DNA from: a bacterium
Lineage (GTDB): Bacteria; Patescibacteriota; Doudnabacteria; UBA920; VMFF01
Assembly: GCA_027348385.1 (NCBI GenBank)
Contig: DAIEPO010000001.1
Span: forward strand, 1-54,960
Direction of reading: 5' to 3'
Length of the DNA stretch: 54,960 nucleotides
How positions within the stretch are numbered: the first letter of the stretch is position 1; the number at the start of each line of letters is the position of its first letter. The notes beneath the pieces were generated by a model, which saw nothing but the letters and a program-made list of their open reading frames with translations, searched no databases and was not told the origin of the DNA. This document shows positions 18,626 to 28,817 of the stretch, one piece after another. Made by a program: the position numbers and the translations under genes.

Positions 18626-19270
18626 TTAAAGACCTAGTGCTTGATTAATGTCTGTTCGAACTTTTTCAATTGGTTGATCCCCGTCTATTTCCACTAATCT
18701 AGTTCTTTTTTTAAGCAAATCAACAACTGGTAAGGTTTCATTTTCATAAAGATCAAGCCTCTTGCCTATTGCCTCAGGCGTATCGTCTTTTCTTATAACT
18801 AGCTTGCCGCCACACTTCTCACAAACCTGATTTGGATCAGAGTTTGAAATTGCGGGGCTCTTACAAACCTCACAAACTCTTCTTAAGCTTAGCCTTTTAA
18901 AAGTTTCTTCCCTTGGTAAACTAACATAGATTGTAGTAATATCAGTCCTGCCAACTTCTGACAGAGTCTTTAGCAAAAACTCTGCTTGTCCAATTCTTCT
19001 TGGAACTCCGTCAAAAACGATTTTTTTAGCAGCATCAACCTGAGAGAGTTTTTCTGTTAAAATCTTTTCAATATCAGAGTCAGTTAAAAGAATACCGTTG
19101 TCTATTAATCCCTTAACGTGTTTGCCAAACTCTGTTTCTTGACTAGATATTTCTCTTAATAGCCCACCCATCTCGACAAACTCTGCATCTAGTTTCTGCA
19201 CTAAGAATTTAGCCTGTGTGCCTTTACCTGAACCTTGCGGTCCGATGAATATGTATGTTGATGTGTTCAT
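18626..19270 (-). CDS. adk: adenylate kinase (zinc-lid type)
   Basis: The ORF track starts at 19288, but its first ATG overlaps a TATAAT box. I start at Met7 (MNTSTYIFIGPQGSGKGTQAKFL). Also FDGVPRR and lid Cys pairs CEVC...CEKC. Confidence 0.9.
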   Translation of the reverse strand: MNTSTYIFIGPQGSGKGTQAKFLVQKLDAEFVEMGGLLREISSQETEFGKHVKGLIDNGILLTDSDIEKILTEKLSQVDAAKKIVFDGVPRRIGQAEFLLKTLSEVGRTDITTIYVSLPREETFKRLSLRRVCEVCKSPAISNSDPNQVCEKCGGKLVIRKDDTPEAIGKRLDLYENETLPVVDLLKKRTRLVEIDGDQPIEKVRTDINQALGL

Positions 19271-19290
19271 GTTGTAGTTATTATACATCT

Positions 19291-19312
19291 AAAAAACCGC
19301 TCTTGCGAGCGG
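19291..19312 (-). terminator. rho-independent terminator between secY and adk
   Basis: Minus strand reads CCGCTC-GCAA-GAGCGG followed by TTTTTT. A TATAAT box (19285-19280) follows immediately. Confidence 0.65.
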
Positions 19313-19321
19313 CTTTGATAT

Positions 19322-20599
19322 TTAAATGGTTTCGTAATCCCGCATAACCATCTGTGCTTCAATTGATTTAATCGTTTCAATGACAACTGAAACAACGATC
19401 AACAAGCTAGTACCACCCAAAGTTAATGCTTGAGTGTTGGTGTATGCTTGAAAAACATATGGCAAGACCGCGATCAGAGCAAGGAAAACTGCTCCAAAAA
19501 CCGTAATACGATTAAGTACTCTGTAAAGATATTCAGCTGTTTGCCTGCCAGGTCTTAAACCAGGGACAAATCCACCGTTCTTTTGAATATTCTCTGAAAT
19601 CTCATCGGGATTGAAAACAATTGCGGTGTAAAGGAAGGTAAATAGCAGGACCAAAACAAAGTACAGAATTGCGTAAAAAGTTTGGTTTCTAAATATTTCA
19701 ACAATGTAATTTGCGGCATTTGCAATCATCGCGCTTTTTGCAGTCAAAAAGAAGTTGGCTATTAAGCCTGGCAAAAGCATTACAGAAATTGCAAAGATGA
19801 TTGGGATAACTCCGGCTTGATTAACACGTAGTGGTAAGTGTGTGCTGACTCCACCATAGGTTTTGTTTCCAGTCATGCGCTTAGCATATGAAACAGGAAT
19901 ATTGCGCTGCGCTTCTGTAACATAGACTACAGCTGCGATAACTAACAAAGCAGCGGCAATAAATGCAATGATCATTGGCAATTTAGAAGGATCATACAAA
20001 GCGATCATTTGTTGCAAAGCACGAGGTAATCTCGCAACAATGCCGGCAAAAATAATTAAAGAAATACCATTACCAATACCATATTCTGTAATTAACTCAC
20101 CAAGCCACATCAGCAAAATTGTACCAACAGCCACAGCAATCAAGGTTACAAACCATTGAAATGAAGTTAAGCTACCAATTGCTGCTCCGCCCTGTGCTGA
20201 CTGGAAAAGGCGAATTGTGCTGTAGCCTTGTAAGACTGCTAAAGGAACAGTTAAATATCTGGTGTACTGACTTAATTTTGCTCTGCCTGCCTCGCCTCCC
20301 TCTTTTTGAAGCTCTGTTAGGGAAGGAATGATAACTGTCAGAAGTTGGATGACAATGGATGCTGTAATGTATGGGCCAACACCAAGCATGGCAATGGAAA
20401 GGTTAGATAGGCCACCGCCTGAAAAAATATCTAAGAGGTTGAAAAGCTGATTTTGGTTAAAGAAATTCTGTAGTGATGTAGCACTCAACCCTGGAATTGG
20501 GATGTGTGCTAAGAAACGAGTCAAGATTAAAAGAACAACCATGATCAAAATCTTGTTGCGCAGGTCTTTTGTTTTCCAAATTAAAGCTAATTTATTCAT
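19322..20599 (-). CDS. secY: preprotein translocase subunit SecY
   Basis: 425 aa, 10 TM pattern, position after rplO. Confidence 0.93.
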   Translation of the reverse strand: MNKLALIWKTKDLRNKILIMVVLLILTRFLAHIPIPGLSATSLQNFFNQNQLFNLLDIFSGGGLSNLSIAMLGVGPYITASIVIQLLTVIIPSLTELQKEGGEAGRAKLSQYTRYLTVPLAVLQGYSTIRLFQSAQGGAAIGSLTSFQWFVTLIAVAVGTILLMWLGELITEYGIGNGISLIIFAGIVARLPRALQQMIALYDPSKLPMIIAFIAAALLVIAAVVYVTEAQRNIPVSYAKRMTGNKTYGGVSTHLPLRVNQAGVIPIIFAISVMLLPGLIANFFLTAKSAMIANAANYIVEIFRNQTFYAILYFVLVLLFTFLYTAIVFNPDEISENIQKNGGFVPGLRPGRQTAEYLYRVLNRITVFGAVFLALIAVLPYVFQAYTNTQALTLGGTSLLIVVSVVIETIKSIEAQMVMRDYETI

Positions 20600-20634
20600 A
20601 GGTTTATTCTATCACAAAAGCAAAGAAACGCTAT

Positions 20635-21072
20635 TTACGCGTTTACTTTACCGCCAGCCTTTTCAATTGCTGCTTTAGCAGTAGCTGATACTGGTACAAA
20701 TACTTCAACTTTCTTTTTTAGCTCTCCACCCAAAACTATTTTTACTTTCTGTTCTCTAACTCTGGTAATACCCATTTTAAACAAGGATGCTGCTGTTACT
20801 TTGTCTCCGTTATCAAACTTGTTTAGTCTGGATACTTTAACCGCAAAGGCTTCACCATGAATGCTCTTGAAACCACGGAGTTTAGGAGCCTGTCTAATTA
20901 ATGGCTGACGTCCGCCTTCAAATCCTGGGCGAACATTTCCGCTTTTTCTAGAACCTTGTCCTTTAGCACCTCTGCCAGAATATGTGCCGTGTCCAGAACC
21001 AAGTCCGCGACCTATAACTTTTCTGCGCTTGGTAGAACCCTTGTATACTTTTAGTTGGTGTAGTTTAACCAT
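20635..21072 (-). CDS. rplO: 50S ribosomal protein L15
   Basis: 145 aa; GRGLGSGHGTYSGRGAKGQ. Confidence 0.93.
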   Translation of the reverse strand: MVKLHQLKVYKGSTKRRKVIGRGLGSGHGTYSGRGAKGQGSRKSGNVRPGFEGGRQPLIRQAPKLRGFKSIHGEAFAVKVSRLNKFDNGDKVTAASLFKMGITRVREQKVKIVLGGELKKKVEVFVPVSATAKAAIEKAGGKVNA

Positions 21073-21076
21073 ATAA

Positions 21077-21577
21077 TTATTTTCTTGCAGTTCTTAATTG
21101 ATCAGATGTTTTCATTTTCTTAAATGCTTCAAAAACAGCTTTAACGTTGTTTACTTTGTTAGAAGAACCAAGCATTTTGCTTAAGATGTTTTTAACTCCT
21201 GCTAAATCCAAAACGCTTCTTAAAGCACCACCAGCGATGATACCAGTACCAGGACGAGCTGGTAGAAGAATAATTCTGCTTGATTTATACTTTAATTTAA
21301 TCTGATGTGGAATAGTGCCATTAGTTAAAGGAACCATAATCATGTTTTTCTTTGCTGCATTGACTGCTTTGTTTACTGATTCTGCAACGTCAACTCCCTT
21401 TCTCAAACCCATGCCAACTTTACCTTTTTTGTCACCAATGACTACTAAGGCTCTAAAACGCATGCGTTTACCACCAGCAACCACACGAGTAACACGCTTG
21501 ATTTCAACAACCTTTTGTTCAAAATCACGCTTGATTGGTTCTCTATTTGATCTTTCTCTTTTGTTATCTCTTGCCAT
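21077..21577 (-). CDS. rpsE: 30S ribosomal protein S5
   Basis: 166 aa; VVEIKRVTRVVAGGKRMRFRALVVIGD. Only 4 nt separate it from rplO, so there is no L30 gene. Confidence 0.93.
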   Translation of the reverse strand: MARDNKRERSNREPIKRDFEQKVVEIKRVTRVVAGGKRMRFRALVVIGDKKGKVGMGLRKGVDVAESVNKAVNAAKKNMIMVPLTNGTIPHQIKLKYKSSRIILLPARPGTGIIAGGALRSVLDLAGVKNILSKMLGSSNKVNNVKAVFEAFKKMKTSDQLRTARK

Positions 21578-21581
21578 ATAT

Positions 21582-21935
21582 TTAAAACTTTAATCCTGCT
21601 GCTCTTGCAGCATCTGCTAATGCTTTTACTCTGCCATGATATTTAAATCCACCGCGGTCAAAAACAACCTCTGAAATATCTTTTGCTAATGCTTTCTTTG
21701 CTATTGCAGTACCAACTTCTGCAGACTGATCAGATTTCTTGCCTTTGGTTTTTAGTTCCAAGGAAGAGGCTGCGACCAAGGTCTTTTGGCTTGCATCATC
21801 AATTATCTGAGCATAAATATGCTGGTTTGCACGAAAAACAACTAAGCGTGGTCTCTTAGCATCACCGGAAAGTCTAGCTCTGACACGCTTGTGTCGTCTT
21901 ACTCTTTTTGCTATTTTTAATTCTTGTCTGTTCAT
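21582..21935 (-). CDS. rplR: 50S ribosomal protein L18
   Basis: 117 aa; [18 protein letters not shown]. Confidence 0.92.
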   Translation of the reverse strand: MNRQELKIAKRVRRHKRVRARLSGDAKRPRLVVFRANQHIYAQIIDDASQKTLVAASSLELKTKGKKSDQSAEVGTAIAKKALAKDISEVVFDRGGFKYHGRVKALADAARAAGLKF

Positions 21936-21947
21936 ATATTTCTAAAA

Positions 21948-22499
21948 TTATTTGCCACCTACTGCTTTAACAACTTTTCCAGCTTTTCTTCTGACAACTT
22001 CATCAGAATACTTGATACCCTTACCTTTGTATGGTTCTGGTTTCTTTAAAGCTCTAACCTTTGCTGCAAATTCACCAACCGCCTGTTTATCAATGCCTGT
22101 AATTGTAATGACGTTCTTTTCCATAGTTGCAGTTAATCCATCTGGAACTTCAACAATGACTGGATGGGAAAAACCTAAAGCCAAAGTGATTGTTTTGCCG
22201 GCAATGGATCCTCTGTAACCAACCCCGTTAATTTCAAGTTTTTTTTCAAATCCTGAAACAACACCTAAAACTGCATTTGCAATCAAAGATCTGGTTAGAC
22301 CCCAGAGGGATCTTTCAAGTTTGTTGTCTTTGTTTGGTACATCAACAATGATTTCATTTTCAGAGACTGTGACTAAAACCTTTGGATGAATGACAACACT
22401 TAAGTTGCCTTTTGGTCCGGTAACTTTCAAAACAAGATCTTTTAGTTCTGCTTTGACGCCATTTGGAATTGTAACTGGTTTTTTACCTATACGTGACAT
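21948..22499 (-). CDS. rplF: 50S ribosomal protein L6
   Basis: 183 aa; MSRIGKKPVTIPNGV. Confidence 0.93.
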   Translation of the reverse strand: MSRIGKKPVTIPNGVKAELKDLVLKVTGPKGNLSVVIHPKVLVTVSENEIIVDVPNKDNKLERSLWGLTRSLIANAVLGVVSGFEKKLEINGVGYRGSIAGKTITLALGFSHPVIVEVPDGLTATMEKNVITITGIDKQAVGEFAAKVRALKKPEPYKGKGIKYSDEVVRRKAGKVVKAVGGK

Positions 22500-22517
22500 A
22501 TGTGTTAAATATTTTCT

Positions 22518-22910
22518 TTACCAAATTTGGCAAATTACTTCTCCACCGTACTTCTGCTTACGAGCTTCTTTGTCTGTCATCAAACCCTTGGATGTTGAAA
22601 GAATGGTTACTCCCAAACCACCGTTAGTTCTAGGAATCCTGTCCATTGGCACATAGATTCTCTGACCTGGTTTGCTTACTCTCTGAATCCCTGTAACTAC
22701 TGCTTCGCCGTCTGAAGCATACTTAATCTTTACTGAAAGCTGCTTTAGAGAACCTTCAATGACTTCTACTCCGGCAATGAACCCCTCACGGGCCAAGATA
22801 TTAGCAAGGCTGTGTTTTAACTTTGAATACGGCATCAAAACATCTGTCTTGTGGGCAGCTGCACCGTTTCTTATTCTAGTTAACATGTCTGAAATTGGAT
22901 CTGTAAACAT
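22518..22910 (-). CDS. rpsH: 30S ribosomal protein S8
   Basis: 130 aa; DPISDMLTRIRNG. Confidence 0.93.
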   Translation of the reverse strand: MFTDPISDMLTRIRNGAAAHKTDVLMPYSKLKHSLANILAREGFIAGVEVIEGSLKQLSVKIKYASDGEAVVTGIQRVSKPGQRIYVPMDRIPRTNGGLGVTILSTSKGLMTDKEARKQKYGGEVICQIW

Positions 22911-22926
22911 ATATTTAAATTATTCC

Positions 22927-23121
22927 TTACCAAGAAGACTTAACAATACCTGGGATCTCGCCTTTAGAAGCAAGCTCGCGGAAACAAATTCTGCACATAT
23001 CAAAGTCGCGCATATATCCACGGTTTCTGCCACATTTCCAGCAGCGTCTAACAACACGTGATTTATACTTTGGCTTTTTTCTTGATCTTAATGCTTTTGC
23101 AATTAACGATTTCTTTGCCAT
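22927..23121 (-). CDS. rpsN: 30S ribosomal protein S14, zinc-binding type Z
   Basis: 64 aa; CWKC...CRIC four-Cys motif. Confidence 0.92.
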   Translation of the reverse strand: MAKKSLIAKALRSRKKPKYKSRVVRRCWKCGRNRGYMRDFDMCRICFRELASKGEIPGIVKSSW

Positions 23122-23130
23122 ATATTTAAA

Positions 23131-23679
23131 TTATTTCTCAGCTTCCGCAAATGGGAAACCCAAGCTCTTTAAAAGTTCTCGACCTTTTTGATCATTACCT
23201 GCATCTGTTGCGATCGTAATCTGAAAACCAAAGGAATGTTCTAAACCTTCTTCTGAAATTTCTGGGAATACTGTCTGTTCTCTAATACCAATATTGTAGT
23301 TACCACGTCCATCAAAAGCATTGATATTTAAACCTCTGAAATCTCTAACACGAGGCAAAGCAATACTTATCAGCTTATCAATGAAGTCATACATTCTTTC
23401 ACCACGTAATGTTACCGCAACTCCAACAACCTGATTTTCTCTGATTTTAAAACCAGCAATTGATTTACGGGACATGGTTTTAACTGGTTGCTGACCTGTA
23501 ATCTTTTTCAAATCTTCAATGATTGATTCCAAAGACTTTGGATCTTTCAAGGTTTTACCAACTCCTGCATTAACCACTACTTTCTTAATTTGTGGCACGG
23601 CTAAAACATTAGTCAAGCCAAGCTTGCTCTGCAATTCTTTTCTAATCTGCTTATTGTATTTATCCTTTAATCTATTCAT
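23131..23679 (-). CDS. rplE: 50S ribosomal protein L5
   Basis: 182 aa; position and sequence pattern. Confidence 0.92.
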   Translation of the reverse strand: MNRLKDKYNKQIRKELQSKLGLTNVLAVPQIKKVVVNAGVGKTLKDPKSLESIIEDLKKITGQQPVKTMSRKSIAGFKIRENQVVGVAVTLRGERMYDFIDKLISIALPRVRDFRGLNINAFDGRGNYNIGIREQTVFPEISEEGLEHSFGFQITIATDAGNDQKGRELLKSLGFPFAEAEK

Positions 23680-23695
23680 ATATGTTCTTTATCGC

Positions 23696-24022
23696 TTAAA
23701 TTGCTTTTTTACATTTCTTGCAGATTCTCTGTTTCTTTCCGTTTTCCAAAATTTGATGACCAATCCTTGTTCCCTTGCCACAGTTTGGACAAACAAGAAT
23801 TAACTTTGAAGCTGACATTGGGGCAGGGAAAGAAACCTTTTGGCCACCTTTGGCACCGCGCTTTTTTTCAAATCTGGTGTGCATGTTAATAGCTTCTACG
23901 GTTACGCGCATGGTTTTACGATCAACAGAAATGATCTTACCGGTTTTACCCTTGTCTTTACCTGCTAAAACCGCTACGTTATCGCCTTTCTTTAAATTGG
24001 TGTTCTTGATTACTGTAAACAT
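23696..24022 (-). CDS. rplX: 50S ribosomal protein L24 with C-terminal four-Cys zinc-ribbon-like tail
   Basis: 108 aa; KOW motif KKGDNVAVLAGKDKGKTGKI; tail CPNCGKGTRIG...ICKKCKK. Confidence 0.9.
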   Translation of the reverse strand: MFTVIKNTNLKKGDNVAVLAGKDKGKTGKIISVDRKTMRVTVEAINMHTRFEKKRGAKGGQKVSFPAPMSASKLILVCPNCGKGTRIGHQILENGKKQRICKKCKKAI

Positions 24023-24023
24023 A

Positions 24024-24395
24024 TTAAATTACCTCTGGTGCTAAGCTGATTATTTTAGAAAACCCTTTATCTCTTAACTCTCTTGGGATTGGTCCAAAGA
24101 TACGAGTGCCTTTTGGCTCTACTGAGTCTTTGCTTACCAAAACACCTGCATTATCATCAAAACGAATGTAAGATCCATCTTTTCTGCGAACTTCTTTTCT
24201 GGTACGGACAATAACCGCGTAGACTTTGTCGCCTTTTTTAACCTGACCCTTTGGAGCTGCTTCTTTAACAGAACCAACGATAACATCACCAACACGCGCA
24301 TAGCGGCTGGCATTTTTACCGTTCACTGAAAAGACTGCAACTATCTTTGCTCCGGTGTTATCTGCGATTTTTATCCATGATCTTACTTGTAACAT
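24024..24395 (-). CDS. rplN: 50S ribosomal protein L14
   Basis: 123 aa; [10 protein letters not shown]. Confidence 0.93.
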   Translation of the reverse strand: MLQVRSWIKIADNTGAKIVAVFSVNGKNASRYARVGDVIVGSVKEAAPKGQVKKGDKVYAVIVRTRKEVRRKDGSYIRFDDNAGVLVSKDSVEPKGTRIFGPIPRELRDKGFSKIISLAPEVI

Positions 24396-24399
24396 ATTT

Positions 24400-24642
24400 T
24401 TAGCTGATCTTTCTGATTACTTTAAAATGCTTATCCTTAGACATTGGCTTGGTTTCTTCAATCTCTACCTTGTCACCAATGTGATATTCATTATTCTCGG
24501 AATGTGCTTTAAACTTATTTGAAACTTTATAGCTCTTCTTGTATTTAGGGTGACGCTTTAAAGAGTCAACTCGAACAACAACGGTCTTATCCATCTTGTC
24601 TGAAGTCACTGTGCCAATTTTTGTTCTTTTTGCTTGATCCAT
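24400..24642 (-). CDS. rpsQ: 30S ribosomal protein S17
   Basis: 80 aa; [20 protein letters not shown]. Confidence 0.92.
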   Translation of the reverse strand: MDQAKRTKIGTVTSDKMDKTVVVRVDSLKRHPKYKKSYKVSNKFKAHSENNEYHIGDKVEIEETKPMSKDKHFKVIRKIS

Positions 24643-24652
24643 ATGTTTAAAA

Positions 24653-24859
24653 TTACTTTGACTCGTTAGAACGCTGTCTTAATACTGTTAAAATTCTTGC
24701 AATGGTTTTCTTAACTTTACTCAGTTCACTATGATTCTTAAGCTCTCCGGAATTGAGCTTGAAACGCATTTCTCTGCTCTGTTCCTGAAGTGCAATTAAA
24801 TCCTTCTGCAATTCCACGTCATTCTTAGCTTTTAATTCTTTAATATCCATATTAGTCAT
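24653..24859 (-). CDS. rpmC: 50S ribosomal protein L29
   Basis: 68 aa; position between rplP and rpsQ; ELKAK..EL...L..L..E..RFKL pattern. Confidence 0.88.
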   Translation of the reverse strand: MTNMDIKELKAKNDVELQKDLIALQEQSREMRFKLNSGELKNHSELSKVKKTIARILTVLRQRSNESK

Positions 24860-25262
24860 TCTTAGTTATGAACTTAGTCTTGATCGGCAACTTGTATGAT
24901 GCCAAGCGCATTGCTTCTTTAGCAAGTTCCAATGGAACTCCATCCATTTCAAACAAAATCTTTCCGCGTTTAACAACTGCCACGAAATGGTCAACAGCAC
25001 CTTTTCCGCCTCCCATTGGAGATTCATTACCGTGTACTGTAACTGGTTTGTCTGAAAAAACTCTGATCCAAACTTTACCACCTCTTTGAATATATCTGGT
25101 CATGGCTCTTCTAGCAGCTTCAATCTGTCTTGCTGTAATCCAAGAGTTTTCAAATGCTTTTAAAGCATAGGCACCAAAAGCAATCTCATTTCCTGCCATT
25201 GCTTTGCCTTTGGTATGACCGCGGTGATGTTTGCGGTGTTTAAGTTTTTTTGGAATCATCAT
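24852..25262 (-). CDS. rplP: 50S ribosomal protein L16
   Basis: 136 aa; [15 protein letters not shown]. Confidence 0.93.
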   Translation of the reverse strand: MMIPKKLKHRKHHRGHTKGKAMAGNEIAFGAYALKAFENSWITARQIEAARRAMTRYIQRGGKVWIRVFSDKPVTVHGNESPMGGGKGAVDHFVAVVKRGKILFEMDGVPLELAKEAMRLASYKLPIKTKFITKND

Positions 25263-25277
25263 AATCGTTATTCTATA

Positions 25278-25979
25278 TTACTTGGTCTCTCGCTTAGCTC
25301 TAAACGCTGGTCTTGGTGCATGTGCTTCGCTAGTGGTGGTGGGTTTTTCAAAAACCTCGCCTTTGTTAATCCAAACCTTAACACCAACAGTGCCGTATGT
25401 AGTAAATGCTGTAGCTCTTGCAAAATCAATATTAGCGCGAAGTGTGTGTAGCGGAAGTTTTCCTTGTGATAGCCATTCAGTTCTAGCAATCTCGGCTCCA
25501 CCTAAACGTCCACCAATTGCAATCTTTACGCCCTTTGCTCCAGCATTCATGATCTGTTCTATTGATTGCTTCATTAATCTTCTGTAGGAAACGCGTTTTT
25601 CTAGAGAATCTGCAATGTTTTGAGCAATAGCTGCGGATTGTAAGTTAATATCTCGGACTTCTTCAATATTTACTTTAACGTCTTTCTTTAAACCAATCTT
25701 TACTTTGAGCTTCTTTTTTAAATCTTCAATACCATTACCACCTTTTCCGATGATCATGCCTGGCTTTGTTGATTTAATGATTACTGTAACTCCACCGTCG
25801 TTTAATCTTTCAATATCAATTCTAACCAAGCCTGCTTTTTTCAAGAGAGTATTCAAGTATTCACGAATGCGGACATCTTCGCGCAAAGTCTGTGCAAAGT
25901 GAGTCTTGGAAAACCATCTGGATTTCCAGGTCTCGGTAATGTTCATTCTTAAGCTTGTTGGGGAAATTTTATGTCCCAT
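25278..25979 (-). CDS. rpsC: 30S ribosomal protein S3
   Basis: 233 aa; MGHKISPTSLRM and the KH domain GKGG. Confidence 0.93.
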   Translation of the reverse strand: MGHKISPTSLRMNITETWKSRWFSKTHFAQTLREDVRIREYLNTLLKKAGLVRIDIERLNDGGVTVIIKSTKPGMIIGKGGNGIEDLKKKLKVKIGLKKDVKVNIEEVRDINLQSAAIAQNIADSLEKRVSYRRLMKQSIEQIMNAGAKGVKIAIGGRLGGAEIARTEWLSQGKLPLHTLRANIDFARATAFTTYGTVGVKVWINKGEVFEKPTTTSEAHAPRPAFRAKRETK

Positions 25980-25989
25980 ATATTTCTAA

Positions 25990-26568
25990 TTAAACTCCGC
26001 TCTTTCTATTAAATAGTCTACGCTTTTGGGTAACAGTACCTTTTTTAATATCCTGCTCCCCTTTATCAATTTGATTACGTGTTGATGGCTTGTTTACTTC
26101 TTCTGCCAATTCTTCCTTAGAAGTCTTTGCTTCACTTGTTTTTTCAGACTTCTCTTTTTTCTCAAAACCTAATCCTGCAACAGTATGTCTTGCTTTTCCA
26201 GCTTTTTCCTCTAAAAGAACATTAATATGACTAAAAGGTTTTCTTAATTCCGAAGCTCTGCCTTGTGCTCTTGGCATGTAACGCTTTAGTTTTGGTCCAC
26301 CATCAACAGTAATGCTTTTAATGAAAAGGTGTTCTTTCTTTAACTTAAAGTTATTAGCTCCGTTGGCAACAGCTGATTTAATAACATCAGCGATGATTGC
26401 AGCAGCTTTCTTGTTTACAAAGCGCAACTGAACTAAAGCATCTAAAGCAAACATGTTTTTAACAAGGTTTGTGACTAAACGTGCTTTGCGTGGGCTCATT
26501 CTAACAAAACGAGCATGTGCTTCAGCTGTTTTAGGAGTATTCTTTTTTTCTGTAATCTTCTTTGCCAT
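25990..26568 (-). CDS. rplV: 50S ribosomal protein L22 with long Lys/Glu-rich C-terminal extension
   Basis: 192 aa, where L22 as I recall it is about 110-120 aa. Core ARFVRMSPRKARLV; about 65 extra C-terminal residues. Confidence 0.9.
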   Translation of the reverse strand: MAKKITEKKNTPKTAEAHARFVRMSPRKARLVTNLVKNMFALDALVQLRFVNKKAAAIIADVIKSAVANGANNFKLKKEHLFIKSITVDGGPKLKRYMPRAQGRASELRKPFSHINVLLEEKAGKARHTVAGLGFEKKEKSEKTSEAKTSKEELAEEVNKPSTRNQIDKGEQDIKKGTVTQKRRLFNRKSGV

Positions 26569-26586
26569 ATATATTAAAGCGTGGGG

Positions 26587-26919
26587 TTATTTCTTTTTCT
26601 CCGGTTCTTTTGCTGCTTGCATCTTTGCTTTTTCAGCTTGTGCTGCCGCTGCTTCTTGTTCTTTTGCCATCTTACCACCGTGTCTGAAGAACTTACGAGT
26701 TGGAGAAAATTCACCTAGTTTGTGACCAACCATGTTCTCTGTAACAAATACTGGTACGTGGGTCTTACCATTGTGCACTTCAAAGGTGAAGCCTACCATT
26801 TCCGGAAAAATAGTGGACTCGCGAGACCAGGTCTTAAACTTTGAGCCAGGTTTTGCACCGGTCAATCTTTTTAAGATTCTCTCATCTATGTATGCGCCTT
26901 TTTTAAGTGATCGTGACAT
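26587..26919 (-). CDS. rpsS: 30S ribosomal protein S19 with Ala/Lys/Glu-rich tail
   Basis: 110 aa; [18 protein letters not shown]; tail [26 protein letters not shown]. Confidence 0.92.
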   Translation of the reverse strand: MSRSLKKGAYIDERILKRLTGAKPGSKFKTWSRESTIFPEMVGFTFEVHNGKTHVPVFVTENMVGHKLGEFSPTRKFFRHGGKMAKEQEAAAAQAEKAKMQAAKEPEKKK

Positions 26920-26920
26920 A

Positions 26921-27757
26921 TTATTGGTATCTTCTCTTAACTATAAACTTGGAGCTTGGCTTTTTCTTGTCTCTGGTTCTGACACCCATGGCATGTTTGC
27001 CCCATGGAGTCTTTGGATATTTCATACCGATTGGGTTATGACCTTCTCCTCCACCGTGTGGGTGGTCTACAGGGTTCATTGCTTTACCTCTGACAACTGG
27101 TCTTCTACCCATCAAACGAACTCGGCCTGCTTTTCCGATTCTAACATTCATCCAGTCAGTGTTTGAAACCTGACCCATGGTTGCCAAGCTATTTTCTGAA
27201 ACCTTACGAATCTCTCCGCTTGGCATCTTAAGTAAAGCATGACCATCTTCAACTGTTTGTAAAATTGCGTAGCTACCTGCGCTTCTAGCAACTGCACCCT
27301 TTTTTCCAGGGATCAACTCAACGTCATGTACAAATGAACCTGATGGAATATTCTTTATTAACATTCTGTTACCAACCTGAGGTTCTGCTTTTGCTGAAGT
27401 AATAACTGTCTGACCGACTTTTAAGCCATGTGGAGTGATGATAAATCTCTTTTCACCATCTTTGTATGAAAGCAGAGAAATGAAAGAAGATCTTCCCGGT
27501 GCGTATTCAACGCTTAAAACCTTTGCTGGAATATCCATTTTGTCAGCACGAGAATAATCAACTAGTCTAACGATTTTTTTGAAACCGCCGCCTCTGTGTC
27601 TTACTGTGATCTTTCCAGAAAAATTTCTGCCACCGCTCTTTGATTTTGAAAGCATCAGATTCTTTGGAGTCTTTGCGCGCTTGTTCAAAACAGAGTAATC
27701 AGTTACTGAATGTATTCTGCGTCCATTGCTTGTTGGTTTGTAGAGTTTAACTGCCAT
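26921..27757 (-). CDS. rplB: 50S ribosomal protein L2
   Basis: 278 aa; [12 protein letters not shown]. Confidence 0.95.
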   Translation of the reverse strand: MAVKLYKPTSNGRRIHSVTDYSVLNKRAKTPKNLMLSKSKSGGRNFSGKITVRHRGGGFKKIVRLVDYSRADKMDIPAKVLSVEYAPGRSSFISLLSYKDGEKRFIITPHGLKVGQTVITSAKAEPQVGNRMLIKNIPSGSFVHDVELIPGKKGAVARSAGSYAILQTVEDGHALLKMPSGEIRKVSENSLATMGQVSNTDWMNVRIGKAGRVRLMGRRPVVRGKAMNPVDHPHGGGEGHNPIGMKYPKTPWGKHAMGVRTRDKKKPSSKFIVKRRYQ

Positions 27758-27778
27758 ATTCTTTAAGTTATCTAAAGC

Positions 27779-28162
27779 TTAATTAGCCTGAGGGATTGTC
27801 TGCCCTGGTCTTAATGTTACGATTGCCTTTTTCCAATCTGAAGTACGACCTGCAATTTTTCCTCGAGCTATTGCTTTGCCATGAACACTAATAATGTTCA
27901 CGCGCACAACTTTAACATCATAGACTTTTTCAACTGCGTTTCTAACTGAAATCTTGTTTGCCTTTTTGCTTACTTTAAAAACATACTGACCCTTTGCCAT
28001 ACCTTTAAAGCTTTTTTCTGTTACTAAAGGCTTAACTAAAACCTTGTAAGCATCACCGGTATTTTCTTTGGACTTTACAGCCTTGGTTTCAGACACTTTC
28101 AAATCAGCCTCTGCTGGCTTGTTTGCTTCTTTTTCAGTTTTGCTTTTTGAAAATATAGCCAT
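27779..28162 (-). CDS. rplW: 50S ribosomal protein L23 with N-terminal extension
   Basis: 127 aa; core YKVLVKPLVTEKS preceded by about 38 charged residues. Confidence 0.9.
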   Translation of the reverse strand: MAIFSKSKTEKEANKPAEADLKVSETKAVKSKENTGDAYKVLVKPLVTEKSFKGMAKGQYVFKVSKKANKISVRNAVEKVYDVKVVRVNIISVHGKAIARGKIAGRTSDWKKAIVTLRPGQTIPQAN

Positions 28163-28172
28163 GGCTTTTAAA

Positions 28173-28814
28173 TTACTTTAAGTAAGTCTTCTCAATGATA
28201 GGTAGGGATCCTTGGGTTGCTAGGACTGCATCAGAGTTCATAATATCAACAACATTTAAGCTGTTTGCAAAGATAACCTTAACGTTCTTTAGATTGTTCG
28301 CTGACTTAACGATTGCTTCGTTATTCTTTGGAATGACCAACAAGAATTTCTTTGCGCTCTTTGCGATATTCTTTGAAATATTGCTTACCCATGCGCTCAT
28401 CTCTTTAGTCTTAGGGGCTTTCATTTCTAATTCTGAAAAAACCAAAAAGTTTTTCTCAGCTGCTTTGTCAGAAAGAGTCATATACAATGCTTTTCTCCAT
28501 TGCTTCTGGTTCATCTTCATTTCATGATTGCGGTTTGCACGAGGTCCGAAAGTAATACCACCGTGTCTCCAAATTGGGGATCTGATAGATCCAGCTCTGG
28601 CATTACCAGTACCCTTTTGTTTCCATGGTTTCTTTCCACCACCGCGAACTTCTCCGCGAGTCTTGGTGTTTGCAGAACCCTGGCGGGCATTAGCAAGTTG
28701 AATTCTAACAGCTAGCTGCATCAATTCAACAACTGGGGTAATTTCAAAGATCGCTGGATTTAATTCCAATTCTCCTGTTTGCTCTAGTTTCTGGTTATAT
28801 ACTGTAGTCTTCAT
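28173..28814 (-). CDS. rplD: 50S ribosomal protein L4
   Basis: 213 aa; RGGGKKPWKQKGTGNARAGS. Confidence 0.93.
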   Translation of the reverse strand: MKTTVYNQKLEQTGELELNPAIFEITPVVELMQLAVRIQLANARQGSANTKTRGEVRGGGKKPWKQKGTGNARAGSIRSPIWRHGGITFGPRANRNHEMKMNQKQWRKALYMTLSDKAAEKNFLVFSELEMKAPKTKEMSAWVSNISKNIAKSAKKFLLVIPKNNEAIVKSANNLKNVKVIFANSLNVVDIMNSDAVLATQGSLPIIEKTYLK

Positions 28815-28817
28815 ATG

